A stretch of DNA of 64,000 nucleotides, taken from Vicinamibacterales bacterium (lineage in GTDB: Bacteria; Acidobacteriota; Vicinamibacteria; Vicinamibacterales; UBA2999). The stretch lies in NCBI GenBank assembly GCA_030680175.1, contig JAUXWO010000111.1:65145-129144 (forward strand), written 5' to 3'. The translations under genes and the position numbers were made by a program. The notes under the pieces were generated by a model, which saw only the letters and a list, made by a program, of their open reading frames with translations, searched no databases and was not told where the DNA came from. Of the stretch, positions 34,157 to 42,776 are shown piece after piece (position 1 is the first letter of the stretch; each line of letters opens with the position of its first letter).

Positions 34157-34806
34157 GCGCACCGCCAGACGACTCGTCGATCCCGAAAACGCTGGACGGG
34201 ATCCGGGATCTGTACACCGGGAACCTCGCCGAACACGGCGTGAATTCGAAGAGCGTGGGATGGCGCGACGAGGCGACGCACCTGCTGCGTTTCGACCGTC
34301 TTGCGCGCCTCGTCAACCCCACCGTGCCGTTCACCGTGAACGACTGGGGGTGCGGCTACGGCGCGATGTGCGTCGACTTCGAGCAGCGGTTCGGCGCCGC
34401 GATGACGGGGTTCACCGGCTACGACATTTCGCGGGAGATGCTCGACGCGGCGCGCGCCGCGGTGCGCACGCCCGGCGCGCGGTTCGTGCACGGCTCCGAC
34501 GTCACCGAGGAGGCCGATTACACGTTCGTGTCCGGCACGTTCAACGTGAAGCTCGAGTCCACGGACGCCGAGTGGGCGGCCTACGTGACGTCGCGTCTCG
34601 AGGCGCTCTGGGCGGTCTCGCGCCGCGGCCTGGCGTTCAACCTGCTCACGAGCTATGTGGACTGGAAGGAGCCCCACCTCTTCTACGGCGACCCCCGCGA
34701 CTTCTTCGATGTCTGCAAACGCCGGCTGTCGAAGTACGTCACGCTGCTGCACGACACGCCGCTCTATGAGTGGACGATCCTCGTGCACCGGGAACCCGGC
34801 GCATGA
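34153..34806 (+). CDS. Class I SAM-dependent methyltransferase
   Basis: Trimmed to MSAPPDDSSIP at 34153 (ATGA overlap). Motif I is VNDWGCGYGAM. 217 aa. Confidence 0.65.
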   Translation: MSAPPDDSSIPKTLDGIRDLYTGNLAEHGVNSKSVGWRDEATHLLRFDRLARLVNPTVPFTVNDWGCGYGAMCVDFEQRFGAAMTGFTGYDISREMLDAARAAVRTPGARFVHGSDVTEEADYTFVSGTFNVKLESTDAEWAAYVTSRLEALWAVSRRGLAFNLLTSYVDWKEPHLFYGDPRDFFDVCKRRLSKYVTLLHDTPLYEWTILVHREPGA

Positions 34807-35549
34807 GCATGGCCAGCGGACGGGAGTCCGGCCCGGCGCCCGCGCTGACGGTCGTCATCCCCGCCTTCAACGAGGCGGCGAACGTCGAGCCGGTGGTCGC
34901 CGAGACGCTCGAGGTCCTGCGCGGCACGCCCTGGCTCGCCGGGTTCGAGCTCGTGCTCGTCGACGACGGGAGCCGGGACGGCACGGGCGAGGTGATGGAC
35001 CGGCTGGCGGCCGCGCACAGCGAAGTCGTCGTGGCCCATCACCAGGCGAATCGCGGCTTCGGCGCGGCGCTGACCACCGGCTACCGGCGCAGCCGGGGCG
35101 ATGCGGTCACCTTCATCACCGCGGACGGTGAGATTGGCGTCGACCAGCCGCTGCGCCTCGTCAGGGAGATGGGCGACCGTGACCTGATGTTGAGCGGACG
35201 GGTTCGGTCGGTGGGCGCGGGGCGCGGATTCCTCACGTGGGGCGTCAACTGGACGTCCCGCATCATCCTGGGCTTCTGGCCCGACGACTCCGTGGGGATC
35301 TACGTGGTGCGGGGGGACGTGCTGCGGCGCATTCCGTTGCACTCCACCACCGGGCTGGCCAACCTCGAGATTCTGCTTTACTGCCGGGCGCACCGCCTGA
35401 ACATCGCCATGTCGGGCGTCACCGAGGCGAAGCCGCGGCTGAGCGGCGAGTCGAAGGTCACCAACCTCCGGACGATCGTCAAGACGCTCTGGGAGATGCT
35501 CAAGCTGCGCGTCCGGACCCGGGGCGAGCAAGAGGAGGGCGGACGATGA
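34803..35549 (+). CDS. Glycosyltransferase family 2, DPM1-like, paralog 3
   Basis: Trimmed to MSMASGRESG at 34803 (ATGA overlap). Motifs LTVVIPAFNEAANV, LVDDGSRDGT and FITADGE. Confidence 0.8.
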   Translation: MSMASGRESGPAPALTVVIPAFNEAANVEPVVAETLEVLRGTPWLAGFELVLVDDGSRDGTGEVMDRLAAAHSEVVVAHHQANRGFGAALTTGYRRSRGDAVTFITADGEIGVDQPLRLVREMGDRDLMLSGRVRSVGAGRGFLTWGVNWTSRIILGFWPDDSVGIYVVRGDVLRRIPLHSTTGLANLEILLYCRAHRLNIAMSGVTEAKPRLSGESKVTNLRTIVKTLWEMLKLRVRTRGEQEEGGR

Positions 35550-36106
35550 CCGCGCAGGCAAAGAAGCGGAAGGCGGCACCGCTGGCCGCCAGTGCGCCGC
35601 GCGTGGGGCTGACGCCCATCACGCGCGACGACGCGCCGCAGTTGTTCCGCTGGATCAACGACCGTGACCTCGTCCGCTTCAACTCGGCATACCAGCCGGT
35701 CCACGAGCCGACCCACATGCAGTGGCTGGAAGGGCTCACGCAGCGTACGGACCTCGTGGCCTTCGCCATCCGGATCCGTCGCACCGGGCGCCTGATCGGC
35801 GTGTGTCAGCTGACCGCGATCAGCCGTGTGCATCGTTCGGCGGAGTTGCAGATTCGCCTGGGTGACGCGGCGGCGCGCGGGCGTGGCTACGGCAGTGAGG
35901 CCGTGCGCCTGCTGCTGGACCACGCCTTCCACGATCTCAACCTGCATCGTGTCTCACTGCAGGTGTTCGACACCAATGCCGCCGCCATCCGCACCTACGA
36001 GCGCGCGGGCTTCCGGCATGAGGGCCGGCTGCGTGACGCCGCCTTCATCGGCGGTGAGTACGTGGACGTGCGGCTGATGGGCATCCTGCGTGAGGAGGCC
36101 GTCTGA
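35546..36106 (+). CDS. GNAT N-acetyltransferase (RimJ/RimL-like)
   Basis: Trimmed to MTAQAKKRK at 35546 (ATGA overlap). Motifs RGRGYGSEAVRLLLDHAF and IRTYERAGFRHEGRLR. Confidence 0.85.
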   Translation: MTAQAKKRKAAPLAASAPRVGLTPITRDDAPQLFRWINDRDLVRFNSAYQPVHEPTHMQWLEGLTQRTDLVAFAIRIRRTGRLIGVCQLTAISRVHRSAELQIRLGDAAARGRGYGSEAVRLLLDHAFHDLNLHRVSLQVFDTNAAAIRTYERAGFRHEGRLRDAAFIGGEYVDVRLMGILREEAV

Positions 36107-36849
36107 GCGAAGGACCGCGCCCGGCGGGTGGCCGGGTCGTAGCCATCCATCAGCCCAATGTCTTTCCCTGGCTGGGTTACTTCAACAAGATCGCCCGGTC
36201 GGACGTCTTCATCGTCCTGGACCATGTGCAGTTCCCGAAGTCCCGCCCTGGCAGCTGGACGAACCGCGTGCAGCTGGCGGTCAACGGCGCGCCCCACTGG
36301 GTGACGGTGCCCGTCAGTCGCGCCTTCGAGGGCGTGCGGCGGATCGACGAGATCCGCATCGACGACAGCACCCCCTGGCGGCGCAAGCTCCTCCAGCTCC
36401 TGCGCTCGAGTTATGGCCGCGCCGGCCACTTCCCCGAGGTCTTTCCCGTGGTTGAGTCCTGTGTGATGGACGGGGCGCCACTGCTGGCCGACTACAACCT
36501 CGGCGCGATCACCGCCATCGCCGCGCGGATCGGCGTGCCGACGGCGCACTGCGTGCGAAGCTCGACGCTGGGCGTCGAGGGTGCGAAGACGGACCTGCTC
36601 GTCTCGCTCGTGCGGCGCGTCGGCGGCACCGCGTATCTGGCCGGTGGCGGGGCGGGCGGCTACCAGGACGACGGGTGCTTTCAGGCGGCGGGGATCGACG
36701 TGCAGTACCAGGACTACACGCCGGCGCCATACCCGCAGCGCGGCCGGGATACGTTCCTGCCCGGCCTCTCCGTGCTCGATGCGTTGTTTCACTGCGGATT
36801 CGCCGCGACCGGGCGGCTCGCGCGCGGCGTCGACGGAGGTGCAGGGTGA
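36103..36849 (+). CDS. WbqC-family protein, copy 1; apparent non-canonical CTG start
   Basis: The ORF track starts at GTG 36226. However, 41 upstream in-frame codons (…RVVAIHQPNVFPWLGYFNKIARSDVFIVLDH) align with the N-terminus of WbqC copy 2 (TLGIMQPYFLPYLGYWQLLARVDAFVVYDN). Between the frame stop at 36091 and 36226, the only start-like codons are CTGs, at 36103 and 36172. Only CTG 36103, within CTGA, retains the conserved N-terminus. Confidence 0.65.
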   Translation: MSEGPRPAGGRVVAIHQPNVFPWLGYFNKIARSDVFIVLDHVQFPKSRPGSWTNRVQLAVNGAPHWVTVPVSRAFEGVRRIDEIRIDDSTPWRRKLLQLLRSSYGRAGHFPEVFPVVESCVMDGAPLLADYNLGAITAIAARIGVPTAHCVRSSTLGVEGAKTDLLVSLVRRVGGTAYLAGGGAGGYQDDGCFQAAGIDVQYQDYTPAPYPQRGRDTFLPGLSVLDALFHCGFAATGRLARGVDGGAG

Positions 36850-37871
36850 GCGGCCCGGCACCCTCCACCCGCCGGCCGCCGCCGTGGCGCGTGGTGCTCG
36901 CCTTCGCCATCGGCATCGTCCTGCTGGCGCTCGCGGTGCGTCAGGTGGACTGGGCGCAGGTGCTGCAGGCCCTGCGCGGCGTATCGCCGCTGTGGCTGGT
37001 CGGCGGCGCCGCGGGGTTTGCAGCCACGCACGTCATGCTGGCGCTCCGGTGGCGCGCGCTCGTGGAGTCGGACGAGCCGATCCCCGTCGCGGATGCGTTC
37101 GACTTCGTGATGATTGGCGCGGCTGCAGGGCTGGTGCTGCCGGCCCGCCTGAACGACGTGGCCCGTGCCGTGGCCGCCGGGCGTTACCATGCGCTCAGCG
37201 CCAGCCGGCTGCTCGGCACGATCGTCGTCGAGCGGCTGCTCGACGTGGTGGCGATCCTCGGGTTTGGCGTCGCGTTGTCGGCCCTGATGCGGATCCCGCC
37301 GTTTGTTCAGGGGGCGCTGACGACGTTGTTCGCCGCGGCGGTCGCGGCCACCGTGGTGCTCTGGCTTGGCGAGAATGGCCCGCTGGGGATGATCGCGCGT
37401 GGCGTGGCGCGGTGGCGCGGCCCGTTGTCGCGCACCCTGCCCGTCTTCATGCGCTTCCTGGCCGGCGTCGGGGTCATGCGGCAGCCGCGGCGCCTGCCCG
37501 TGGCGCTCGGGGCCGCGATCGGCGCGTGGCTGTGCTCGGCGGTGGCCGCCACCTGCAACGTGGCCGCGTTCGGCTTCGACGTGCCCTGGTACGCTGGCGC
37601 GTTCGTCGTGCTCGTCATCAACCTCGGCGGGATCATCCCGGCGCCGCCCGCCGGTGTCGGGGTCTACCACTACCTGGCGATGCTGGCCCTGTCGCCGTGG
37701 GTCGAGGATTCGAGCGCGGCGTTCGCCTTCGCCCTCGTGGCGCACGCCTCATCGTTCGCCAGTACGCTGGTGCTGGGCAGTGCCAGCCTGGCGCGCAAGG
37801 GCATGTCACTGGCCGGGCTGCGGCGCATGGCCGCAGCGGGCGCCGACGCCGCCGATGGACGCCACGGATGA
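36846..37871 (+). CDS. Polytopic membrane protein, flippase-like (LPG-synthase-TM/UPF0104-type) domain
   Basis: Starts at GTG 36846 (GTGA overlap). About 8 hydrophobic segments. The overall pattern resembles 'flippase-like domain' proteins. Motif-level call only. Confidence 0.6.
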   Translation: MSGPAPSTRRPPPWRVVLAFAIGIVLLALAVRQVDWAQVLQALRGVSPLWLVGGAAGFAATHVMLALRWRALVESDEPIPVADAFDFVMIGAAAGLVLPARLNDVARAVAAGRYHALSASRLLGTIVVERLLDVVAILGFGVALSALMRIPPFVQGALTTLFAAAVAATVVLWLGENGPLGMIARGVARWRGPLSRTLPVFMRFLAGVGVMRQPRRLPVALGAAIGAWLCSAVAATCNVAAFGFDVPWYAGAFVVLVINLGGIIPAPPAGVGVYHYLAMLALSPWVEDSSAAFAFALVAHASSFASTLVLGSASLARKGMSLAGLRRMAAAGADAADGRHG

Positions 37872-39789
37872 CCTCATGAGTCGAAACGACATGCGCATGT
37901 CCGCGCCCGGGGATCGACGCCGGACGGCCGCCATCGTGGCCGGTCTGGCCGCGCTGCTGGCCGCCAATCTCTTCCTTCGCCACGTCCTCGAGGACGCGCC
38001 ACGCTACCTCTACTCGTTCCTCGACACGTTCTATCCGAACGAGGTGCCGGTCATCTTCGGCGAGCTGCCCCGATGGCGGCTGCTGCTGCCGCTCAGGGAG
38101 CTGACGGGGGCGTGGGCGGCGACCACGCTGCTCACGACCTGGCTCGTCGAACGCGTGCTGTCGCCCGCGGGCGCCTGGTATCTCTTCAATGCCGCGTCGA
38201 TCCTCGTCGCGTTTGGCACGTCGTGGGTCCTCTTCCGGTCGGCGGTCTTCAGCTTCACCTTCGCGATCGCGATCGGCTTCGGTACGCACTACTACCACGC
38301 CTACGCGGTCACCGGGGGCATCGCGTCATACCTGCTGATCTCGTACAACATGCTGCTGCTCTTCACGTTCGCGCAGCTCGTGCGCGGCGCCGGCCCGCGC
38401 CCGCTGTGGGGGGCGGCGTTTGCGGGCGCGATGCTGCTGAACTTCATCGGGTACGAGGGCTGGCTCGACGTCCTCGTGGCCGTGTGGGTGGCGAGCCCGC
38501 TCGTGTACCTCGGACTCCGGCGGATGTCGTGCGACGCGGAGGCGCGGCGCCTCGTCACGATGACGGCGCTCCTGACCGCCATCGGCGTCGTCTACGTCGT
38601 CATGAAGGTCACCCTCGGGTTCGGCCAGACTCAGGGGTCTGAATCGGACGTGGTGTTCAACTACGACCGGCTCTGGCCCGTCGTCGATGACGTCGTGTCG
38701 AACGCGTTCACGCATGCGTACATGAGCGTCAGCAACTTCCTGCCACCGTCGCTGGCCGGGGCGTCGGCGATGTACCGGCTCGGCCCCGACTACCTGATCG
38801 ACGCGCAGCACGGGTACCACGACCAGTTCCTCTACCTCGTGCCGATGCACCAGGTCTTCCACTGGCGCTACTTCGCGGGCGTGGCCGTCACGCTGCTGGT
38901 GGGGGGGCTCGGCCTCGTGGCGCTTCGGTTCTGGCGTGAGCCGTCGCCGTGGCTCCTCGCCCTCGGGGTGTTTCTGGTGCTGGCGCTCGTGGCCGGACCG
39001 ACGCACACGCTCATCAAGTTCCGTCCGATGAAGGCGATGCCCGTCATGACGTACCACATCACCGTGGGCGTCATCGGCATGTCGCTGGCCATCGCGTGGC
39101 TGACGACGACGCTCTTCCGGCGGTGGCAGGGGCGGCCTCGTGCCGCGGTGTGGGTGGCGGCGGTCTGGGTGTTCATCCTGTATGGCGCGCTCGAGCGGCC
39201 GGCCTATCTGGCCCACATGTCAGCGCAGGTGGGGCTCGGGGAAGGCATCTACCCGAACCCGATGCGTGCGCTGGTGGAGCGTCTGGGGTGGACGTACGAC
39301 GCTCCGCGAGGCCTCGCGGCCTACCGGCTTGCCCCGTACCGCGCCGACGCCGTCCAGGCACAGGCACGAGCCGTGCTCGGGCCGCTGCCGGGCCCCCTGC
39401 CACCGCTGTCGGAGTGGCAGGCGCCCGGAGGGGCGACCGTGACCGAGGTGACCGGCGGCGTGCGCGTGGACGGAGATGCGACGCAGTTCGGATATCAGTT
39501 GATGAGCCCTTCCGTTGGCGTGGCCCCGGGCACCACTTATCTCTTCCGGGTGCGCTACGACGTGGAAGCCGGGCGCGTGTGCGCTGGCATCCTCACCGGG
39601 GATCAGCAGCGGTGGGTGGTGCCGCCCGATGGAAGCGCCCCGGAGTACCTGTTCACGGCGGGCGACTACGACGCGGTGCGCGTGGTGCTGGCCAACTGCC
39701 ATGCCGTCGACGTCGGCAACCTGCCAACGCGCGCGACGGTGCGGGGAGGCTCCTACGCCATCCTGACGGCGCCTGGAGTGTCACCGTGA
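37855..39789 (+). CDS. Large polytopic membrane protein, family B paralog 1 (GT-C-like) with C-terminal GYQ-RW module
   Basis: ORF 37399..39789 trimmed to ATG 37855 (alternative ATG at 37876). The N-terminal ~480 aa are multi-TM. The C-terminus reads FGYQLMSPSVGV...GRVCAGILTGDQQRWVV...LANC. Confidence 0.55.
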   Translation: MDATDDLMSRNDMRMSAPGDRRRTAAIVAGLAALLAANLFLRHVLEDAPRYLYSFLDTFYPNEVPVIFGELPRWRLLLPLRELTGAWAATTLLTTWLVERVLSPAGAWYLFNAASILVAFGTSWVLFRSAVFSFTFAIAIGFGTHYYHAYAVTGGIASYLLISYNMLLLFTFAQLVRGAGPRPLWGAAFAGAMLLNFIGYEGWLDVLVAVWVASPLVYLGLRRMSCDAEARRLVTMTALLTAIGVVYVVMKVTLGFGQTQGSESDVVFNYDRLWPVVDDVVSNAFTHAYMSVSNFLPPSLAGASAMYRLGPDYLIDAQHGYHDQFLYLVPMHQVFHWRYFAGVAVTLLVGGLGLVALRFWREPSPWLLALGVFLVLALVAGPTHTLIKFRPMKAMPVMTYHITVGVIGMSLAIAWLTTTLFRRWQGRPRAAVWVAAVWVFILYGALERPAYLAHMSAQVGLGEGIYPNPMRALVERLGWTYDAPRGLAAYRLAPYRADAVQAQARAVLGPLPGPLPPLSEWQAPGGATVTEVTGGVRVDGDATQFGYQLMSPSVGVAPGTTYLFRVRYDVEAGRVCAGILTGDQQRWVVPPDGSAPEYLFTAGDYDAVRVVLANCHAVDVGNLPTRATVRGGSYAILTAPGVSP

Positions 39790-42356
39790 GCCCGTCGTCC
39801 CGGGCGCGGGTGATGCACGGGCTGGTCTGGCTGCCGGTGCTCGCGTACGCGCTGGTCGTCGGCCGGCAGTTCTTCCACTACGCCGATGCGGCCATCTCTC
39901 TGGCCAGCGATGATGGGGTCGGGAACATCGCCTACGCCCTTGCCACGGAAGGGCGGTACGGGTTCCTGAGCAGTCCTATCCTCGCGGGCCTTCCCCGCGA
40001 CGACGGTCTCTTCAGCTACGGGCCGTTCTACTTCTACGCTGGCGCCGCGCTCATCTGGCTGTTCGGCTACAACCTGATGCTGCTCCGCTTCATCCACCTG
40101 GCCGTGGTGCTGGCGATCGCCGCCGCCGCACGGCGGTGGTTCGGTTCGGCGGCCGGTGGCGCGGCGGGCGCGTTCGCGGCGATCGGCCTGCTGATGGCGT
40201 TCGAGCGCGCGCAGTGGCCGATGGTGCGACCCGACAGCATGGTGTCGCTCTTCGCGGTGGTGCTGGTCATCAGCGCCGGCCTCGCCATCCGGACGGGCGC
40301 CGGGCGCTACTGGTGCATCGCCGGATTGGCGGGCGCGTGCGGCGCGTTCACGCACCTCGTGGCCTGGAGCCTCGTGCCGGCGGTCGCGGCGATCCTCGTG
40401 CTGGGCCTCCTCGTCGACGCGCGTGACGAGGAGGGACGGTGGCGGCGTCCCGTGCGTGTCTGGTTTCCGCTGGCGCTGACGGCCGCCGGGGGCCTTGCGG
40501 GGACGTTCCTCTTCTATGCCTCGTTCGGGTTCCGATTCGCCGAGCAGTGGCATTTCCTGCTGGACTACCAGCGCTTCACCGGCAGCATGGGCGGCGGCGC
40601 GTCTCCCGGGTTCCTGGCCCTCGTGCTGGCGCATTTCGAGCAGGCCTATTGGTATCTGCCGTACCCGCTCGCCTACGGCGTCTGGGCGACGCTGGCTGCG
40701 GCCGTCGTCGTCGTGCCGGCCGTGCTCGTGTTCGATCGCGGGCCGCGGCGTCGCGAGACGCTGGCCTGGGTCGGCCCCCCCACCGTCGTCTGGGTCGGCT
40801 ATCTCCTCAGCCTCGGCACGTACAACAACTTTCATGCCGGCTACGCGATGCTGAACCAGGTGATGTGGCTGTGGACGGGCGCCGCGCTCGTCGCTGCCGG
40901 CCTGGCCGGGGTCCGCGTTCGGCCCGCGCTCGGGGTGATGGCGGAGAGGCTCGCGTGGACGACGGCAGTGCTGCTGGGCATCGGCATGCTCACGGTGCTG
41001 GCGGCGCGTACGGACTTCCGCGCGCTCGATGCCGCGGCGCGAACGCCGGCCCGCGAGTACAGCGAGCGCGTGCTCCACGCGCTGCCGGTCCGCGCGCGTG
41101 CCTGGGGGTCGGTGGAGCTCGGCATCGAGCATCCGAGCCGCATCCAGCTGGTCCAGTTCTGGGACGCGATTCGCGTGGTCGAGGCGATCGACCCGCCGCG
41201 CCGGCCGCCGCTGGCGCCCGACTATCTGGTGTGGGGGCACGTGGAGAACGGGGGCAGCACGCGCGAAGTGCTCGCGATGGCCGACCGGGAGGCGCACGGC
41301 GTCGACGGGCGCGAGATCCATGTGGGGCCGCAGCGGCTGCTCGATGCGTTCCCGGACGCGCGCTACACGCTCGTGTCCCTCGTGGCTGCGCCGCCCTACG
41401 GGGTCACGCGCGTCTATGCGTGGGCGGGCGGGGCGCACGCGTTCTCGAGGCCGCTGCTGAGCGTCTTCGATCCAATCGCCCGTCAGTGGAGCAGTGCCGC
41501 GGGACCTGCGGTCCCAGTGGAACTGCAGGAGTCGGCGCCCGCCACGCTCCGCATCGGTGTCGAGCCGGCCGCCCCGGCGCGTCAGGCGAGGCAGACCCTC
41601 CGGGGCGAACTACCTCCAGGCCACTACCTCCTGCGCATCGCGATGGCACCAGACGGCGGCGGCGGTGACGCGGTCGTCGTGCTGGCGTCTACGGCGGCGG
41701 AGATCACCGAGGACATCACGGACGCGCGGCGCGGCGTGGACGCCAGCCCTCGGTTTGCCGGCGAGCCGGCCGTGTATCTCGTCCACCGGCACCCCGGAGG
41801 GCCGCTGTACGTGAGCCAGTTCGGCACGGGGCCGTCCGCCATCGTCGGGGTCGAGGCGATGTCGATTCTGGCGCTGCCTGACTACGCCGGACTCCGGCGC
41901 GCGCCGGTCGAGCACCCGCTCCCGGCCTCGAGCTGGACGGCCGCGTTTCCGGCCCTCTCGGTGAGCCCGGCTGGCACCGGGAACGCGTCGGTGCGCGGCG
42001 ATGAGACGCAGTTCGGCTATCAGGCGTACGGCCCCAGGATCCCGGTCCAGCGCGGTCTGCGCGTGCGGATTCGCCCGGCGATCACGATTCAGGCCGGACG
42101 CGCCTGCTTCGGCGTGCTCGACGGCACGGAAGAGCGGTGGCTCGTGGCGCCGGATGCCTTGCTCCCCGAGTACGAGTTCGTTGTCAACGACAGCGCGACG
42201 GTCAAGCCCGTGCTCGCCAACTGCAACGGCACGCCCGAGGGCATCGTCCCGACGGAGGCGACGATTGGCGACGGCAGTTACGCGCTCTGGCCCGAGCGGG
42301 AGGGCCTGTACGTCGACGAGTTGATGCGCGAGTTCCGCAATGCGACGCCCCGGTAG
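39786..42356 (+). CDS. Large polytopic membrane protein, family B paralog 2 (ArnT/PMT_2-like GT-C) with C-terminal GYQ-RW module
   Basis: Starts at GTG 39786 (GTGA overlap). The first TM segment is followed by an acidic loop, SDDGVGNIAYALATEGRYGF. The TM block LLRFIHLAVVLAIAAAARRWFG...MVRPDS resembles PMT_2/ArnT spacing. The C-terminus reads FGYQAYGPRIPV...GRACFGVLDGTEERWLV...LANC. Confidence 0.55.
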   Translation: MSPSSRARVMHGLVWLPVLAYALVVGRQFFHYADAAISLASDDGVGNIAYALATEGRYGFLSSPILAGLPRDDGLFSYGPFYFYAGAALIWLFGYNLMLLRFIHLAVVLAIAAAARRWFGSAAGGAAGAFAAIGLLMAFERAQWPMVRPDSMVSLFAVVLVISAGLAIRTGAGRYWCIAGLAGACGAFTHLVAWSLVPAVAAILVLGLLVDARDEEGRWRRPVRVWFPLALTAAGGLAGTFLFYASFGFRFAEQWHFLLDYQRFTGSMGGGASPGFLALVLAHFEQAYWYLPYPLAYGVWATLAAAVVVVPAVLVFDRGPRRRETLAWVGPPTVVWVGYLLSLGTYNNFHAGYAMLNQVMWLWTGAALVAAGLAGVRVRPALGVMAERLAWTTAVLLGIGMLTVLAARTDFRALDAAARTPAREYSERVLHALPVRARAWGSVELGIEHPSRIQLVQFWDAIRVVEAIDPPRRPPLAPDYLVWGHVENGGSTREVLAMADREAHGVDGREIHVGPQRLLDAFPDARYTLVSLVAAPPYGVTRVYAWAGGAHAFSRPLLSVFDPIARQWSSAAGPAVPVELQESAPATLRIGVEPAAPARQARQTLRGELPPGHYLLRIAMAPDGGGGDAVVVLASTAAEITEDITDARRGVDASPRFAGEPAVYLVHRHPGGPLYVSQFGTGPSAIVGVEAMSILALPDYAGLRRAPVEHPLPASSWTAAFPALSVSPAGTGNASVRGDETQFGYQAYGPRIPVQRGLRVRIRPAITIQAGRACFGVLDGTEERWLVAPDALLPEYEFVVNDSATVKPVLANCNGTPEGIVPTEATIGDGSYALWPEREGLYVDELMREFRNATPR

Positions 42357-42362
42357 CCCACG

Positions 42363-42776
42363 ATGTTGCCCGACGCCGTGACCGCGCTCATCAGGGAGGA
42401 ACAGGCCCGTTCGGGAGGACGGTTCATCGCCCGTCCGGACCTCGACGCCTATCTGGACAAGCTTGGCCGGCACGCCGACGCGCTCATCGACCTGCGCGCA
42501 GGACGCTGCCTCGGGGTCGTCGCGTACTACGCCAACGATGTCGAGAGCCGGCGGGCGTTCATCCCACTTGTCCTCGTGGCGCCGGACGCGCGAGGGCAGG
42601 GGCTCGCGGGCCTGCTCGTCGGTGGCGTGCTCGACCTCTGCCGTGCGCGGGGGTTCACCCGCTGCGGACTGGAAGTGCGCGCCGACAACCGTGCCGCCCT
42701 GTCCGCCTACCGCCGCCTCGGGTTCGAGATGGTCCGCGAACGTGAGGGGATCCTGCTGATGGAGGTCGCCCTTTGA
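42363..42776 (+). CDS. GNAT N-acetyltransferase
   Basis: Motifs VLVAPDARGQGLAGLLVGGVLDLCRARGF and ALSAYRRLGFEMV. Confidence 0.85.
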   Translation: MLPDAVTALIREEQARSGGRFIARPDLDAYLDKLGRHADALIDLRAGRCLGVVAYYANDVESRRAFIPLVLVAPDARGQGLAGLLVGGVLDLCRARGFTRCGLEVRADNRAALSAYRRLGFEMVREREGILLMEVAL

